DNA of 64,000 bases from Candidatus Omnitrophota bacterium (GTDB taxonomy: Bacteria > Omnitrophota > Gorgyraeia > Zapsychrales > Zapsychraceae). The notes under the pieces are model-generated. The model did not search any database and was not told where the DNA came from. It worked only from the letters and a program-made list of their open reading frames with translations. Each line of letters starts with the position of its first letter. Within the stretch, counting starts at the first letter, position 1. Of this stretch, positions 44,863 through 54,175 are shown piece after piece. The stretch spans positions 15,828 to 79,827 of the forward strand of contig JAIORP010000090.1 in assembly GCA_021108075.1 (NCBI GenBank), read 5' to 3'. The position numbers were made by a program, and so were the translations under genes.

Positions 44863-47046
44863 TTAATGCTTATATCCTGAAGAAAACATCTCTTTATCCA
44901 AGACAATCCCTTTTTTAGCAAACTCGTCATAAAAGGTTGGCAAATTTCCTACTGAAACAAACTCACCTACAACCTTCCCGTCGTCACTTATTCCTGTTTG
45001 ATTAAAAAGAAAAATATCCGCTAATTTCAAGTGAAACTCTTCATCAAGGTGGAGGGTTTCGGAGATACCCGTTATCTTTCTTGTCCCGTCAGAGAAACGG
45101 TTCACGTGGACAATAACATCAATGGCGCTAGCAATCATTTCATTGATAGCGCGCACAGGCAACTCAATCCCACTCAATAAAATCATGGCGTGCATACGGG
45201 TCATAACGTCTGACGTCGAATTAGCGTGTAGTGTTGTCAAAGAACCGTCGTGCCCGGTGTTCATAGCTTGTAACATGTCTAAAACCTCACCGCCGCGACA
45301 CTCACCAATAACAATTCGGTCCGGACGCATACGTAAACTGTTCGTAAACAAATCCCTAATTGTGATCTCCCCTTTACCTTCCACGTTTTTCGGGCGAGAT
45401 TCAAGACGAGCCCAATGAATCTTTTTTAGTCTTAATTCGGCCGCATCTTCAATGGTAATAATTCGTTCATCGTCTGGGATAAATTCCGAAATGATATTCA
45501 ACAGCGTGGTCTTACCCGAGCCTGTTCCACCGGAGACAATCATATTTTTACGGGCGAGAACACATGCCTGTAAAAAATCTCCCATAACCTTCGACAAACT
45601 GCTGTATCTCTCAAGAAGCTGTCTTAATTCCAAACGTTCAACACCAAATTTTCTAATTGTAATCATTGGACCATTCAATGACAGCGGGGGAATAATCGCA
45701 TTAACACGAGAACCGTCGGGTAAACGGGCATCCACCATGGGGGTTGATTCATCAATCCGGCGGCCAAGCGGGGCGATAATACGGTCAATAATGGCACGTA
45801 ATTTTTGATCAGAAATAAATCTTTTATTCGTTAAGAATATTTTTCCATTTTTTTCAACATAAATCTGATTTCGGTTATTAACCATGATATCGGTCACATC
45901 ACCATCAGCCAAAAAATCCTCCAAGGGGCCTAAGCCTAAAGCTTCATTGATGATGTCGCGCACTAATCTTCGACGTTCATCATGGGCAACAATCCGTCCT
46001 CCCGCTTCCTCCATCAACAAATTCGACACAACTTTCTCTGACAACTTCTTAACCTCTTTAACCGTCTGTTCATCTGTTAAAGCGTCCAAGCGGATCCCTT
46101 CCATATTCAATCGTTCAACCAAACGCTCATGGACCTTCTGCTTAATAGCGATAATTTCATCCTCGGCAGAAGAGAATGCCGCCTCACCAGAACCGGGCGT
46201 TTCCATTTGACGGGAAATACCAAATTTCTCCCAGAACTGACTCTGTTGTGATGTTATCCCATCAGTCGTTCTCTGCCGCTCGATATCCGTTGTTTGGACA
46301 AAAACATCTTTCGTCTTAAACAAATTAACCAATCTGAAAAAAGCATCAGAGACCTTGGATTTGGGACTGTCAATCACACAGGGAACGCCTTGGTTTAATG
46401 CCATCCCAACGGCTTTACCATCTGAAGGGATATGGCTGATAATCTCACACGTCAGAGCAGACCGGACTTCTTGCCACGCCACGCTTCCCCGGCTTTCAGA
46501 GCGGTTTAAAACGAGTTTTACCATTTTATTTGGAAATTGGAGGCTTTGAAGGACTTCCATACACCATTTGATTTGATAAACAGCTAAAATATCTGGTGTA
46601 GCGATAAGCATAATAAGGTTAGAATAATCAAAAATCGTAATGAGTGTCTCGCTAAAAGATTTTCCCGTGTCAATCACAATGTATTCATAACACTTTGCAG
46701 CATTTTTTAGAAACGGTTTAAGATTATCCGGGGATATATGTCCTATCTCTTTTGTATTTTTTACGGCAGGAATAAAATGAAATCCGCTAGAGTGAGAAAC
46801 AACGTAACTTTGTATCACTTCCGGTTCTGTTGTTTCATCAACTTGTGCAAATGAATCAGCTATCGATTTTCGAGGGGAAAGGTTAAGCATTCGGGCCATA
46901 TCTTGTCCCGCTTGAAAGTCTAAATCAATCAATAAAACTTTATAGCCTGCAAGCGCTAACGCTGTCCCTAAATTGACAGCCACAAATGTTTTACCGACAC
47001 CACCTTTATTACTAAATATAGAAATTGTTTTAGCGTTCATATACAC
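44863..47046 (-). CDS. cpaF: Fusion of a CpaE/TadZ-like MinD/ParA-family ATPase domain (N-terminal) with a CpaF/TadA secretion ATPase (C-terminal).
   Basis: N-terminus ISIFSNKGGVGKTFVAVNLGTALALAGYKVLLIDLDFQAGQD (deviant Walker A of ParA/MinD). C-terminal half has ...VSGGTGSGKTTLLN...IEDAAEL...RMRPDRIVIGECRGGEVLDMLQAMNTGHDGSLTTLHANS (VirB11/CpaF family). 727 aa. Confidence 0.8.
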   Translation of the reverse strand: MYMNAKTISIFSNKGGVGKTFVAVNLGTALALAGYKVLLIDLDFQAGQDMARMLNLSPRKSIADSFAQVDETTEPEVIQSYVVSHSSGFHFIPAVKNTKEIGHISPDNLKPFLKNAAKCYEYIVIDTGKSFSETLITIFDYSNLIMLIATPDILAVYQIKWCMEVLQSLQFPNKMVKLVLNRSESRGSVAWQEVRSALTCEIISHIPSDGKAVGMALNQGVPCVIDSPKSKVSDAFFRLVNLFKTKDVFVQTTDIERQRTTDGITSQQSQFWEKFGISRQMETPGSGEAAFSSAEDEIIAIKQKVHERLVERLNMEGIRLDALTDEQTVKEVKKLSEKVVSNLLMEEAGGRIVAHDERRRLVRDIINEALGLGPLEDFLADGDVTDIMVNNRNQIYVEKNGKIFLTNKRFISDQKLRAIIDRIIAPLGRRIDESTPMVDARLPDGSRVNAIIPPLSLNGPMITIRKFGVERLELRQLLERYSSLSKVMGDFLQACVLARKNMIVSGGTGSGKTTLLNIISEFIPDDERIITIEDAAELRLKKIHWARLESRPKNVEGKGEITIRDLFTNSLRMRPDRIVIGECRGGEVLDMLQAMNTGHDGSLTTLHANSTSDVMTRMHAMILLSGIELPVRAINEMIASAIDVIVHVNRFSDGTRKITGISETLHLDEEFHLKLADIFLFNQTGISDDGKVVGEFVSVGNLPTFYDEFAKKGIVLDKEMFSSGYKH

Positions 47047-47115
47047 CTACTCCGCTTGATATAATTTGAAAATAATTTTAATGTAAATTATACCTCTAGA
47101 ATAAGATCATACCAA

Positions 47116-48792
47116 CTAATTTTTTGCAAAATTAAAAACGACTGGTATTGTAACACTAATCTCTTGCAGCTCTGTATCAGCCGGAAACTTTTCATATGGG
47201 GCCAATTCTTTAGCAGCATCCAAAGCGGTTACATCAAAGGTTTCATAGCCAGATGATTCTTCTACCAAAGCATATGCTAGTGTACCATCGCTTAGGATGA
47301 GCAGCTCCATCTTAACGATCCCTTGCCAGCCATATTCTTGGGCTTCTGATGGGTAAGCTATCGATCCCATGATCTTTTCTTGGAGACCCTGCACATAAGA
47401 CGCCATCTCTTTTGGAATGTTCGACAAATCAACAGCCGGTGGCTGCTCGTCCATGCCTTCCTCCATGATGGGCTCTTTTACCCCGAACATATCATCAATA
47501 TATTCTTGCCGAGGAGCGCCTAGGTTCTTTTGAGAAGTTAAAATTGTCGGAACCAAGGTGATAACAAGTTCTTGATCTAGTTCTGGAACCGGGTTTGATC
47601 TATTTGTAAAGATCGTTCCAAGCAAAGGAATGCTACTCAAAAATGGAACTTTTCGTATCGTTTCACTATCATTGTGCTTAATTAAACCAGCGAGCAAGAC
47701 ATTTTGTCCGTCGTCCAACAAAAGACTTGTTTCAGCATTACGGCTCGTAAAACCAACATCATCTCCAACCTGGACAGATGCGTCAACATCGCTGACCTCA
47801 ATGTTTAATCTAATATCAATTTTGTTATTTCTAACTATCTTAGGTGTAATATTCATAGATACACCATAAGATTTGAAGGTGACATTTTCCTGAACTTGTC
47901 CGGAACTACTTGCCGTTGTTGTTCGTATCGGAATCTCGCCACCGACTAAAAATGCGGCCTGTTCCCCGCTCTTAACGACTAATTTAGGACGTGATAGAAC
48001 CCGGCCCTTCCCTTCTTCAATCAACGCGTTAATAATGGATTGCAAACCATTTTGGCGCGTAAAATCTCCGATTTTAAACCAATCACCAGGAGATCCATCA
48101 AAAGAAGGAAGTGCTTCTGCGTAATTGAAAACTAAAGTAGGGCTTGCATCGCCTGTTCCCTGCGATGCCCATGAAATACCAATATTTCTTGAAACAGTTG
48201 TGTTTAATTCAGCAATTTGCATATCGATTTGAATGAGACTCGCTTGATCTTCCTCTTCACTCAAATTTATAATTTCTTCCGAGAATGGTGCTACAATTTT
48301 ATCAAATTGCGACCGTCTATCTTCGTTAACATAACCTGTAATAATAACTTTACCTTCTTTGCCATTAATTTCTAAATTAATTGTATCAATTTGAGCTGAT
48401 TCCAATAATTTTTCAATTCGTTTTTGTACGAAATCTAAATTTTGGGTAAGGACATTAACCATTATTGTTCGTTTACCATTTTCATCCCAAATAAAAAGGG
48501 CTGTCTTTCCCATCGAACGGGAAATAAGCAAAAGGCTGACATCATCAGCATCAACAATATCAACAATTGTCGGATCAGCGATTGAAACGCGTGTCATGCT
48601 ATAGACTCTAACCGCAACCAGTTCACCAATAATCATGTTAATCTCGTCATTTTCCATTGAATCAATTAACATGCCATCATCGATGGCATCAGCATTCGTC
48701 GCTATTAAAGCTATTCCCATGACCATAACCCCTAACAATAAACCTAAACTTTTCGGCATTTGACTCATTTTTATAATTATTCTACTTAGCAT
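47116..48792 (-). CDS. cpaC: Secretin (CpaC/RcpA-like) with a C-terminal TonB_C-like domain.
   Basis: Signal-peptide-like N-terminus. Secretin core ...LVVKSGEQAAFLVGGEIPIRTTT...VTFKSYGVSMNITPKIV...SLLLDDGQNVLLAGLI...VPFLSSIPLLGTIF... The C-terminus is ...IAYPSEAQEYGWQGIVKMELLILSDGTLAYALVEESSGYETFDVTALDAAKELAPYEKFP...TIPVVFNF, matching the TonB C-terminal pattern YP..A...G.eG.V.v.f.I..dG.v....v..SSG...LD.aAl.A.....f.P....v.IpI.F. Confidence 0.75.
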   Translation of the reverse strand: MLSRIIIKMSQMPKSLGLLLGVMVMGIALIATNADAIDDGMLIDSMENDEINMIIGELVAVRVYSMTRVSIADPTIVDIVDADDVSLLLISRSMGKTALFIWDENGKRTIMVNVLTQNLDFVQKRIEKLLESAQIDTINLEINGKEGKVIITGYVNEDRRSQFDKIVAPFSEEIINLSEEEDQASLIQIDMQIAELNTTVSRNIGISWASQGTGDASPTLVFNYAEALPSFDGSPGDWFKIGDFTRQNGLQSIINALIEEGKGRVLSRPKLVVKSGEQAAFLVGGEIPIRTTTASSSGQVQENVTFKSYGVSMNITPKIVRNNKIDIRLNIEVSDVDASVQVGDDVGFTSRNAETSLLLDDGQNVLLAGLIKHNDSETIRKVPFLSSIPLLGTIFTNRSNPVPELDQELVITLVPTILTSQKNLGAPRQEYIDDMFGVKEPIMEEGMDEQPPAVDLSNIPKEMASYVQGLQEKIMGSIAYPSEAQEYGWQGIVKMELLILSDGTLAYALVEESSGYETFDVTALDAAKELAPYEKFPADTELQEISVTIPVVFNFAKN

Positions 48793-48795
48793 AAT

Positions 48796-49665
48796 TTACA
48801 ATTCTCTCCCTCCTCGAAAGATTTGAATAAAGGGTTTCCCTTCTTCCGTTTCCTCATCAATCGACGTAATAACTGGTTTCTTCTGTTTCGGTAACATTAA
48901 CTCTGTGCCCTGATGCTCTAAAACAAAATCTGCTAGGGATTCCCAGGAAGCAACTTGTAGGTTCCATGTTTCCTTTTCAGCTGGAGCTCTTAAAGATAAT
49001 TGCAATTGTCCATTCTGTTGTGCAAAGCTCATTAAACCGACTTCTTCGGGCGTAAGCGCTAGCGTAATATTCAATGATCGAGTTTTTGATTGTGCTTCGT
49101 ATTGAGGGGCTTTACCTGCCATCTGAAAATTCGTGCCAACAGCTAAGACCTGTATATTTTGAAATAAAATTGTTGTAACGGTATCCGTTTCACTCGTATC
49201 AACACCTCGACCTGGTACTTCCAGGTGAGACAAAACATCAACAAAGTCACCCGGGCTAATGAGACCGCCAACAGCTGACAACGAATCAATCATGATTGTT
49301 AAAGCCCGCTTTCCTGGAGGTGTTTTAACAGAAAATGAATTCATCTCAACAACAGGGTCTTTTTTCGGAGCTTTTCCTCCTGGTCCACCAGGCTGAGAGG
49401 GTAAATTTGCCACCATCATTTGTTGTTGTTCTTGTTTCTTTCTTAAATCTTCCTGTTGCGCAACAACTTGCCTCATTTGCTTTTTGACGAGTTCTAACTC
49501 TCCAATTAAAGCGGCATTCTTTTTTTGATAATCTTTTGCCATGTCTTTCGCTTGACCTTTAATACTAGATTGGACATAGTGGCTGGTTAAAAACGTTGCA
49601 ACCAAACCCAGGCCTATTGCAAGCGAAATAGAAGCAAATTGCTTTTTGTTCTCAATGTTCATCAT
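48796..49665 (-). CDS. cpaB: CpaB/RcpC-like Flp pilus assembly protein.
   Basis: N-terminal TM segment. Contains PPGKRALTIMIDSLSAVGGLISPGDFVDVL, characteristic of CpaB. Lies immediately upstream of the secretin with a 3-bp gap. Confidence 0.65.
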   Translation of the reverse strand: MMNIENKKQFASISLAIGLGLVATFLTSHYVQSSIKGQAKDMAKDYQKKNAALIGELELVKKQMRQVVAQQEDLRKKQEQQQMMVANLPSQPGGPGGKAPKKDPVVEMNSFSVKTPPGKRALTIMIDSLSAVGGLISPGDFVDVLSHLEVPGRGVDTSETDTVTTILFQNIQVLAVGTNFQMAGKAPQYEAQSKTRSLNITLALTPEEVGLMSFAQQNGQLQLSLRAPAEKETWNLQVASWESLADFVLEHQGTELMLPKQKKPVITSIDEETEEGKPFIQIFRGGREL

Positions 49666-49685
49666 TTTGCGTTACCTCTTTTCGT

Positions 49686-50642
49686 CTAATTTAGTAAATC
49701 TTCGTTTAAGTCAACCTTAGTTTTTTCCCTTAACGTGTCAATATGATCTATGATAATTGTCTGTTGCTTCTCAGTCAACATACGCACTTTTATATCTTGT
49801 TTAATTTCATCGAAAGGAACAACCTCTCCTCCCCGCTTTGCTTCCAGCTTAATGATGTAATAACCTTCAGGCCCTTTAAAAATGCTGCTAACCTCGCCAA
49901 CTTTCAATTTTAATATTTCTTCTCCCATCTCAAGAAAGGGCTCCCTAGTTAGAAAACCTAAATCACCACCTTTGTCTGCACTTTTTCCAACAGAGTGTTG
50001 TTTTGCCGTCTGCAAAAAACTTTCTCCCTTTAAAAGCAAAGTCAGTATTTCTGACGCCTTTAACTTGTCATTAAGGACAATTTCTCGAACCCGATATTCG
50101 ACGGGTGAAGTGAGTTTATCCATATTATCATTGTAAAAATTCAAAACATCCTTATCAGTAACTTCAATACTTTCCGTGAGCTTTCTTGCCATTTCGCGCA
50201 CAATCAACGTTCTTTCAAATTCAGTGACAGCCAATCGAATATCTCGATCTTGATCAAGGCCGATTTCTTTCGCAGATTGGACAAGAAGCTGTTGACGAAC
50301 CAATTCATCTAGGACTAATTTCCGAGCGTCCTTATTTTCAATATCATAGTCAGGAACAACTTCTTTTAAGGCAAGCAATCGTTCTTTAAATTCATCGACT
50401 GACATAGACCAATCACCAACAGTAACTAACGCATCTTCTACTGGTACTTGTGGTTTAATCGCTGCTTGTGATCCTGTGGGAGGTGTTATTTGTTTTTGAG
50501 GGGCAGGTTTTACAACGGAAGTTTCCTCTGGCGATATTGTGTCTGATGCAGATTTAACCATATCACATCCTGTTAAAACAAAATTTGTTGATAGTATAAG
50601 CGAAAAAATATAAAGAAAGATTGTAGTTTTCTTGTTTTTCAA
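49686..50642 (-). CDS. Parvulin-type peptidyl-prolyl cis-trans isomerase lipoprotein (SurA/PrsA-like).
   Basis: Lipobox LTGC near the N-terminus. PpiC domain ...AKQHSVGKSADKGGDLGFLTREPFLEMGEEILKLKVGEVSSIFKGPEGYYIIKLE. Preceded by a TATACT -10-like box and an aaaggag RBS. Confidence 0.7.
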   Translation of the reverse strand: MKNKKTTIFLYIFSLILSTNFVLTGCDMVKSASDTISPEETSVVKPAPQKQITPPTGSQAAIKPQVPVEDALVTVGDWSMSVDEFKERLLALKEVVPDYDIENKDARKLVLDELVRQQLLVQSAKEIGLDQDRDIRLAVTEFERTLIVREMARKLTESIEVTDKDVLNFYNDNMDKLTSPVEYRVREIVLNDKLKASEILTLLLKGESFLQTAKQHSVGKSADKGGDLGFLTREPFLEMGEEILKLKVGEVSSIFKGPEGYYIIKLEAKRGGEVVPFDEIKQDIKVRMLTEKQQTIIIDHIDTLREKTKVDLNEDLLN

Positions 50643-50795
50643 GGGAACGCTCCTTTGTGTTGGCGTTATCGAAATCTATATTATTGAGTATACATGGGGG
50701 TTTATAAAAAAACAAGGGGTTTTATGAAATTTCTATTTATACAAATTTCAGTTAAAACATGATAAAATAACAAAAAATTCCCCATTTTATAACCT

Positions 50796-51791
50796 TCATC
50801 CAGCGTTAATCATTGATTGGACAAAATTTTTCTCGCGGTGAAGCTCTTCCAACGTAGTCTTAATTTTTTCTAGGCTGAAATTATTATGATTAATATTAAT
50901 AGGAACTAACAATTTTCCACCATCAAAACGAACAGGAAAACTAAATAAAAGCCCTTTATCAACCCCATAACTGCCCTCAGAAGAAACTGCGACAGAAAAA
51001 AATTCATTCTCCGGTGTTGGAATGCATAAATGTTGTACGGTCTGAACAATAGCATTGGCTGCTGATGCTGCCGAAGATAGACCCCTGGCTTGGATGATTT
51101 CTGCTCCGCGTTTTTGAACCTTGCTGATAAAAGTATTCTGGAGCCACTCTTCATCTATAATTACATCGGTTGCAGGAACACCATTAATGGTCGTGTGGTA
51201 AAAATCAGGGAATTGTGTTGCCGAATGATTACCCCATATCGCTAAATTTTTTACAGCTGAAACAGGAACATGGGCTTTTTCAGCCAACTGAGCGACGGCT
51301 CTATTTTGGTCTAGCATTGTTAAGGCATAAAAATTCTCGTCAGGAATATTCGAACAAACAGATTTAGCGATGTAAGCGTTTGTATTGCAAGGATTTCCAG
51401 TAACTAAGACCCTGCACGTTGACATCGCCACCTCTGACAATGCCCTTCCCTGCTTAATAAATATCTTCCCATTTATTTTCAATAAATCGCTTCTTTCCAT
51501 ACCCGCTTTTCGTGGCACACTACCCACAAGCAATGCCCAATCGGCATCATGAAATGCGACGTGAGGATCATCTGTGCCAATCACTGAAGCCAATAAAGGG
51601 AAGGCACAATCATCCAATTCCATCATAACACCCTTAAGAATGGACAATTGCTGCGATAAATCTAATAATTGAAGATGGACACGTGTCCCAAGACCAAACA
51701 TCTCCCCGGATGCAATTCGAAACAATAAAGCATACCCGATTTGACCAGCTGCTCCTGTAACAGCAACCTTGATTTCTTTAAATGCCTCCAT
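50796..51791 (-). CDS. mdh: Malate dehydrogenase (NAD-dependent, cytosolic-type).
   Basis: [26 protein letters not shown]...LQLLDL...[16 protein letters not shown]...[13 protein letters not shown]. Confidence 0.8.
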   Translation of the reverse strand: MEAFKEIKVAVTGAAGQIGYALLFRIASGEMFGLGTRVHLQLLDLSQQLSILKGVMMELDDCAFPLLASVIGTDDPHVAFHDADWALLVGSVPRKAGMERSDLLKINGKIFIKQGRALSEVAMSTCRVLVTGNPCNTNAYIAKSVCSNIPDENFYALTMLDQNRAVAQLAEKAHVPVSAVKNLAIWGNHSATQFPDFYHTTINGVPATDVIIDEEWLQNTFISKVQKRGAEIIQARGLSSAASAANAIVQTVQHLCIPTPENEFFSVAVSSEGSYGVDKGLLFSFPVRFDGGKLLVPININHNNFSLEKIKTTLEELHREKNFVQSMINAG

Positions 51792-51794
51792 TTT

Positions 51795-52718
51795 CTACTC
51801 CTTAATCTTAAATCGGCCAGGAAACCTCTTCCTAAGCTGGTTGACTTTGTTTATATCTAAATCAGCATATATAACATTTTCTTCATTCCTATTGGCACAG
51901 GCTAATATTTTTCCCCAAGGATCGATAATCATACTATGTCCAAAATGATGACCATTACGATTATCAGGGCCGACTTGGTTTGGCGCTAATACATAACACA
52001 TGTTCTCAATGGCTCTAGCTCGTAATAAAACTTCCCAATGGTCCCGTCCTGTCAGCAAGGTAAACGCAGAGGGCAGGCAAATAACGGTCGCTCCCTTCAT
52101 GGTATAAGAATGGAATAAATTAGAAAATCGTATGTCGTAACATATCGCCATTCCTAGCTTAAATGGCTTTAAATCCACCAAAACCTTGCGTTTACCAGGG
52201 ATAAAATTAGTTGATTCCATTATTTTTTCTTTTTGGACAATAGCGTCGAAAAGATGTATTTTCCTGTATCGACCTTTTATTTGTCCATTCTGATCAATAA
52301 ATATCGACGTATTACACACTTTTTTATATTTATCCACTTTCTCATAAATTGACCCCATCAAAATAGAAATTCGTTCAGCCTGGGCAATTTTCTGAAATAT
52401 TTTTACCGTCGGTCCTGGTATTGATTCCGCCAACAATGTTCTTTCTGCTTGATTAATTTGTCCTCTATATATAAACATTTCTGGCAAAAGGACAAATTTT
52501 GCTTTTCTTCGAATGGCTTTACGGACATAAAAAACAGCTTTTTCGATATTGGCTCGTTTATCATCCGTCGAAGACATTTGAACAACAGCGGTTTTCATCA
52601 TGTTTTTCATCATATCATTTATGTCTTTTTTTAAAATCCTCGCTAAGCCCTCTCCAATACACCCGCTGACACCGTGTATAAAAATCTCTTTGCGTGAGCT
52701 CTTTTTTCCATTCGACAA
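51795..52718 (-). CDS. Carbon-nitrogen hydrolase (nitrilase superfamily). The true start is probably internal, near MMKTAVVQM at ~52600. The annotated 5' extension (KEIFIHGVSGCIGEGLARIL) resembles a Rossmann GxxGxxG N-terminus and may be a remnant.
   Basis: ...KTAVVQMSSTDDKRANIEKAVFYVRKAIRRKAKFVLLPEMF...MAICYDIRFSNLF...ICLPSAFT...HWEVLLRARAIENMCYVLAPNQVG. Confidence 0.7.
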   Translation of the reverse strand: MSNGKKSSRKEIFIHGVSGCIGEGLARILKKDINDMMKNMMKTAVVQMSSTDDKRANIEKAVFYVRKAIRRKAKFVLLPEMFIYRGQINQAERTLLAESIPGPTVKIFQKIAQAERISILMGSIYEKVDKYKKVCNTSIFIDQNGQIKGRYRKIHLFDAIVQKEKIMESTNFIPGKRKVLVDLKPFKLGMAICYDIRFSNLFHSYTMKGATVICLPSAFTLLTGRDHWEVLLRARAIENMCYVLAPNQVGPDNRNGHHFGHSMIIDPWGKILACANRNEENVIYADLDINKVNQLRKRFPGRFKIKE

Positions 52719-52748
52719 TGTGAGGATAACAACCTAAATCAATATCGG

Positions 52749-53250
52749 CTAACCGCGGGCATCAAGCTGTGCTAAAAGGCCAATATCCGCAATCGTCATC
52801 TTATTTCCTGCTAAATAAGCCGTTTCAGATAATTGTAGATCTAATACCGGTAAATACTTCTCACAGATCCATTCCTTCCTTTATCAACGGACAATTCCAG
52901 AATCGGCGCAAAAACGCGGTAAAATAAAACTTTTCCGGCAGCAATGAAAATATGTGTTGAACAAAAAGATAGCCATTGATCAACAACAGCCCGCTCTTTA
53001 TTAAGCCCTTTCAGGTAAAGATCTGACTGTGTCTTATCAGCTAAATATTTACAGATGGCATCACTAGAATTCCATTGAGGTCTTTTAACCAATCCCGGTA
53101 TGCGCGATTGAGTTCTAACGCTGATAAACGCAAACGGTAAGGTTTGCTCTCTGTCCTCTTGAATGGTTTTGCGCGTGAACAAAGACTTTCATCCCGTAGG
53201 AATACAGTGCTTCAACGCGTCTTCTTCTTTGAATTTTACGTTCCACATAA
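52749..53250 (-). pseudogene. Disrupted glutathione S-transferase-like gene. It carries an in-frame TGA at 53189-53191 and a frameshift near 52845-52870.
   Basis: Thioredoxin-fold part ...IPGLVKRPQWNSSDAICKYLADK...ERAVVDQWLSF in track ORF 52841..53182. The C-terminal fragment ...EKYLPVLDLQLSETAYLAGNKMTIADIGLLAQLDARG* is in another frame (hand translated). Confidence 0.55.
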
Positions 53251-53403
53251 ACAATTTAAACCCCGCATTCTCTAACAATTAAAGAAATAAATACTTATTA
53301 TACAAAAAAATGTGTGTTAAATTAAGTATAAAACACTTTAAATGCTCGATTAAAAAGCCTTATCTGTTCAGGTAAGGCTTTTTAAAATGATGACAGCAAC
53401 AAA

Positions 53404-53796
53404 CTAAATATCTCTTTTTCTGGGAATCACCAACCAAAGAATAATATAGCCCAAAATTCCGACGCCAAAAAACAAAGTAAAAACAATAAAGGCTATTCTA
53501 TAAAAAACAGGATCGACCTCAAAGAAGACCCCTAAGCCCCCGCAAACACCGGCTATTTTACAGTCCTCACTCGATAAATATATCCGACGAAGAGCCTGGG
53601 ACGAATCCTTATCCTGATCGTGAACAGGCACCAATATCCACATAATGACATACAAAAGAAAACCTATTCCCGTAATGAACAATAAAAATATAAAAAAAAT
53701 TCTAAAGAAAATCGGATCTACTTCAAAATATTCACCCAGCCCTGCGCAGACACCTGCGATTTTTTTTTCCTGCATGGATCGAAATAATTTTTTCAA
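53404..53796 (-). CDS. Tandem PspC-domain membrane protein.
   Basis: Two repeats of KIAGVCAGLGEYFEVDPIFFRIFFIF / KIAGVCGGLGVFFEVDPVFYRIAFIVF, each followed by TM helices. Confidence 0.75.
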   Translation of the reverse strand: MKKLFRSMQEKKIAGVCAGLGEYFEVDPIFFRIFFIFLLFITGIGFLLYVIMWILVPVHDQDKDSSQALRRIYLSSEDCKIAGVCGGLGVFFEVDPVFYRIAFIVFTLFFGVGILGYIILWLVIPRKRDI

Positions 53797-53866
53797 AAAG
53801 AAGTCCTTTCTGATTTCACTTTCTATTAAATATAATTTATCTTTACCTAATAGTATATTATAAATA

Positions 53867-53974
53867 ATACCAAATCCATTAATAAATTGCTCTATCTTAA
53901 TTCTGATATTCTCGCTAAATCGTCGAGAAAATCAGAATTGGTTTTGGTCATTATTTAATGAAATTGGTATTATT
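53867..53974. repeat. Copy 2 of the 108-bp dispersed hairpin element, ~70 bp upstream of the PspC-domain gene start.
   Basis: About 90% identical to 29162-29269, with the same ends (ATACCAAAT...AATTGGTAT) and the same internal nested hairpin. Confidence 0.8.
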
Positions 53975-54005
53975 ATCGATAAACTGTCTAACTTTTCCAC
54001 CCATC

Positions 54006-54037
54006 AAAAAAGGCCCATCGGACGATGGACCTTTTTT
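54006..54037. terminator. Bidirectional rho-independent terminator (AAAAAA-GGCCCATCG-GA-CGATGGACC-TTTTTT), immediately 3' of tRNA-Glu on the minus strand.
   Basis: Read directly. A 9-bp stem with one mismatch, A-run and T-run on either side. Confidence 0.7.
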
Positions 54038-54046
54038 GATATTCAG

Positions 54047-54120
54047 CGACCCCAGCGGGATTCGAACCCGCGTCGCGAGCTTGAAAAGCTCGTGTCCTGA
54101 CCAGACTAGACGATGGGGTC
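54047..54120 (-). tRNA. tRNA-Glu (anticodon UUC); no CCA encoded.
   Basis: The minus strand reads GACCCCATCGTCTAGTCTGGTCAGGACACGAGCTTTTCAAGCTCGCGACGCGGGTTCGAATCCCGCTGGGGTCG. It has a 7-bp acceptor stem, D arm GTCT/GGAC, anticodon stem CGAGC/GCTCG with loop TTTTCAA (UUC), and T arm GCGGG-TTCGAAT-CCCGC. Confidence 0.85.
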
Positions 54121-54175
54121 GTTTTTATTCATTTGTAAATAAATTCTACGGATCATTGCTACTTAGAGTTTAATT

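Noticed and set aside
53189-53191. In-frame TGA as a selenocysteine codon in the GST-like gene.
   Set aside because: The gene also has a frameshift. No obvious SECIS-like hairpin lies immediately downstream. Pseudogenisation is the simpler explanation.
53958-54173. Track ORF of 71 aa on the plus strand.
   Set aside because: It overlaps the tRNA-Glu gene and its terminator on the opposite strand and has no RBS. It is spurious.
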